In this document: positions 61,568 through 64,000 of the stretch, piece after piece
Numbering within the stretch: the first letter of the stretch is position 1
Layout: each line of letters begins with the position of its first letter
Origin: Lingula anatina
Lineage: Eukaryota > Animalia > Brachiopoda
Length of the DNA stretch: 64,000 nucleotides
Direction of reading: 5' to 3'
Assembly: GCA_051362555.1 (NCBI GenBank)
Contig: CM120642.1
Location: 1,178,001-1,242,000, forward strand
Program-made: the position numbers and the translations under genes
Notes under the pieces: model-generated
Seen by the model: the letters and a program-made list of their open reading frames with translations, nothing else
Told to the model about the DNA's origin: nothing
Databases searched by the model: none

Positions 61568-64000
61568 GTTCCTGGATTAAATGTCACAGCGATGGCGCTG
61601 AGGGAAGCGACAAGATGCAGTACTGTGAGCGCTTTGATGTTGGAATTAGACCCTTGACAAGATGGTGGTTTTGACAGAGCTGCATTCACTGCAACAAGAC
61701 AAAGTTATGTCATTGGTTTATGTTTATTTTTGTCCCAGTTTTGATTCCTAGTCACAGAACATTATGGACATAATAATGAAGTGATTTTGGAAAGTTTGCG
61801 CAAAACCTTTATTTCTTTATGTGATACGTTGTCATCATATGGCCATATTTTTGCACATCTACCGCTGCTGAGTCACCAGAACTTTGTCATGTTGAAAACC
61901 CTAGATCAAATCCAGGACAATTTGTTGAGATTTTCCATTATTAATGTGAACTTTGAATAATGCCGTCCTCATATTTTTCAAGAAGTTTAATACGCATCAT
62001 TATATGACCATACCTTAAATGAATTGTTGTCCCTATAATGCCAATATGGCAGACTTAGCGGCAGGGTCGATTTGATGAAAATGGTATATGACTTAATGTT
62101 CAGCATAATGAATAAGTCGTTGTTAATGGCAACTTAATGTGAATTTTGTCTAAATGTGAAAATGATATGAATTATTTCATAATGTGTTCGAAAAATCCGA
62201 ATGCAATTCCTAAATCTGAAACGTAAAATTGGACATTTTGATCGGTATTGGGGAAACGTTGTGAAATTCAAAATTAGCTTAAAGTGTCGTGTTGGACCCA
62301 TATCACTTTGAAGTTTTTTGAATGTACAAGAATCTGAACGATGATCAGTATTATTGTAATATTTATTTCTGTTGGTGCCGTAGGTTTTGTGATATATATG
62401 TATATATAAAGAACAATGTCAATTTATAATTATTTGCAGTCTTTTCTTTTTTAATTCTCTGAAAAGGCAAGTTTGTTCCCCCTTTTTTGCTTATGACAGG
62501 AGCTAGCAAGACGCCAGCAGAAAGCCACGTTCCATGTTGTTGTGTCGTATAGACTTAAAGCAAACAATTATACCTTTCATATTCTGTCATACTCTGTCAT
62601 ATTTGGATTTAAATTAGAGTACTAGCGGCTACCCAAACTCAGTGAAAAAACGCAGCTAATATTCAGTAAGTAATCAGTGCTTTCAGTATATAACTGAAAA
62701 AAGAAAAAATATAAAAGTACAAATATTAGCTTATTAGATTCAAGCCAACATTACCAAGCGTCCTGCTTAGTCTTGTAGCAACTGTTCTCTGTAAGTCAAT
62801 TGATAGCGTCATCAGTGCTTCTTCTCTATCCTTCTCGTTTTCTTTTTCCTTCTCGTCTCATTTTAAAAAATATTAAAATTAAAAAAAAAAAACGCTCCAA
62901 AAGCCGAAAAGTAGTCACAAAACTCTCCGAAGCAAGAGCAAACCGGAACAATATGACGTTACGTCATTATGACGTCACATGTTACTTCATCCCAAAGTCT
63001 GGAGTTGGTTTGATAGTTGTGGTTTCATTTAGTTTGATAGATTCCTCTAATTCGTAAACGATGTTTCTAAGCTCATCAAGAGAGCTTTCGTCGTTCTCAT
63101 TGAATCCTGGAAACAGAAATACAAAGACAAGGAAAAAATAAACTAAGAATTCAAATTATTAAAGCTAAAGGTCATTTTTAAACAAACTAAACATTAAGGG
63201 AAATAGATGCAATGTTTTTAAATTATGCAAACTAACAGGCACCGCCCAGCACCGTTCTAACTGAAATCTTCTTAATTCCAACCCGCTGAAGATGATATTT
63301 TCTTCGCAAATTCCTGCGAAATCTCTAGATTGATAGGTCAGTGTGACCCAGAAGTATCAGCGTAAAGTTGTCCACCTCCATGAGAAAGTCTTTTTAGGAG
63401 GTTTAAAATTGTTACTAGTCAAGTCTGGGCTGGGTGCATGCCTGATTTTTTTTGGGGGAGGGGGGAATAGTTCATGCATCTAATTGTATTGTTGTTGGAA
63501 ATTTACAATCAAAATGTATTGTTTTAATGGAACAGGTGTATACAGAATAAAGAGTAACAAGTTGACGTGGTACGGTGATGATTCATTTCGTTATTGCATC
63601 AATTCCTATGCGGGTGAAGTGACGATAACAGTTGAAAAATGGGCCAAAAGCGTAGTTTATTTTTCGATGTCAGTCCTTTTTACTTTACTATCCGCTGCAT
63701 ACAAATCTTTTTATAGTGATCAGCATTAGGTAAAATATTCTCAACCATATACCAATTTTCATAGTCATTGCACTGCATCGGTATTTGGGCATTCAATTTT
63801 GCGAAATAGTCCAATAACAGCTTTATCACTGCAACTATCCATAATTCAATAAAACGAACTACTTTGGGTTCATCAGTCATTCACATGATAATAATTAATT
63901 CTGTTTGCATTAGGTACTCTTTATAATATGGGAGACTATATAATAAAACCATGTTGACAGACAGCCATACGTTATCTTTGGCGGACCCAGTTTTTTTTCC

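Noticed and set aside
62982-63313. Possible 3' exons of a minus-strand gene at the window end (FNENDESSLDELRNIVYELEESIKL...MK*)
   Set aside because: Acceptors are plausible, but I could not build a phase-consistent model or recognise a product; this needs the next window or RNA-seq.

Overview
AT-rich eukaryotic genomic DNA with GT-AG introns, from an invertebrate animal (probably a lophotrochozoan; inferred, not determined). Six genes could be reconstructed by hand with consistent splice phases. (1) The last 8 coding exons of TBC1D19 (+). (2, 3) A head-to-head pair of paralogues, each encoding an N-terminal TTC22/IFIT-like TPR region, a disordered linker and a C-terminal TLR-type TIR domain, with no evident signal peptide or TM segment. 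Their start codons are about 1.15 kb apart, with tandem NF-kB-like sites and an ETS site between them. (4) A secreted serpin with an intronless CDS and P1 Arg (-). (5) A secreted protein of about 1825 aa with 3 EGF domains, 19 four-cysteine chitin-binding-like repeats, Thr-rich linkers and two furin-type sites (+); one intron holds a 4.1-kb decayed TTAA-flanked DNA transposon. (6) An NR2E-family (PNR-like/NR2E6-type) nuclear receptor (+). The window also has several MITEs and a minisatellite that amplified a TBC1D19 exon end together with its splice donor. The best candidate for an undescribed system is the divergent TTC22-TIR pair, a putative cytosolic paired immune receptor. All family assignments rest on remembered motifs, not database searches.
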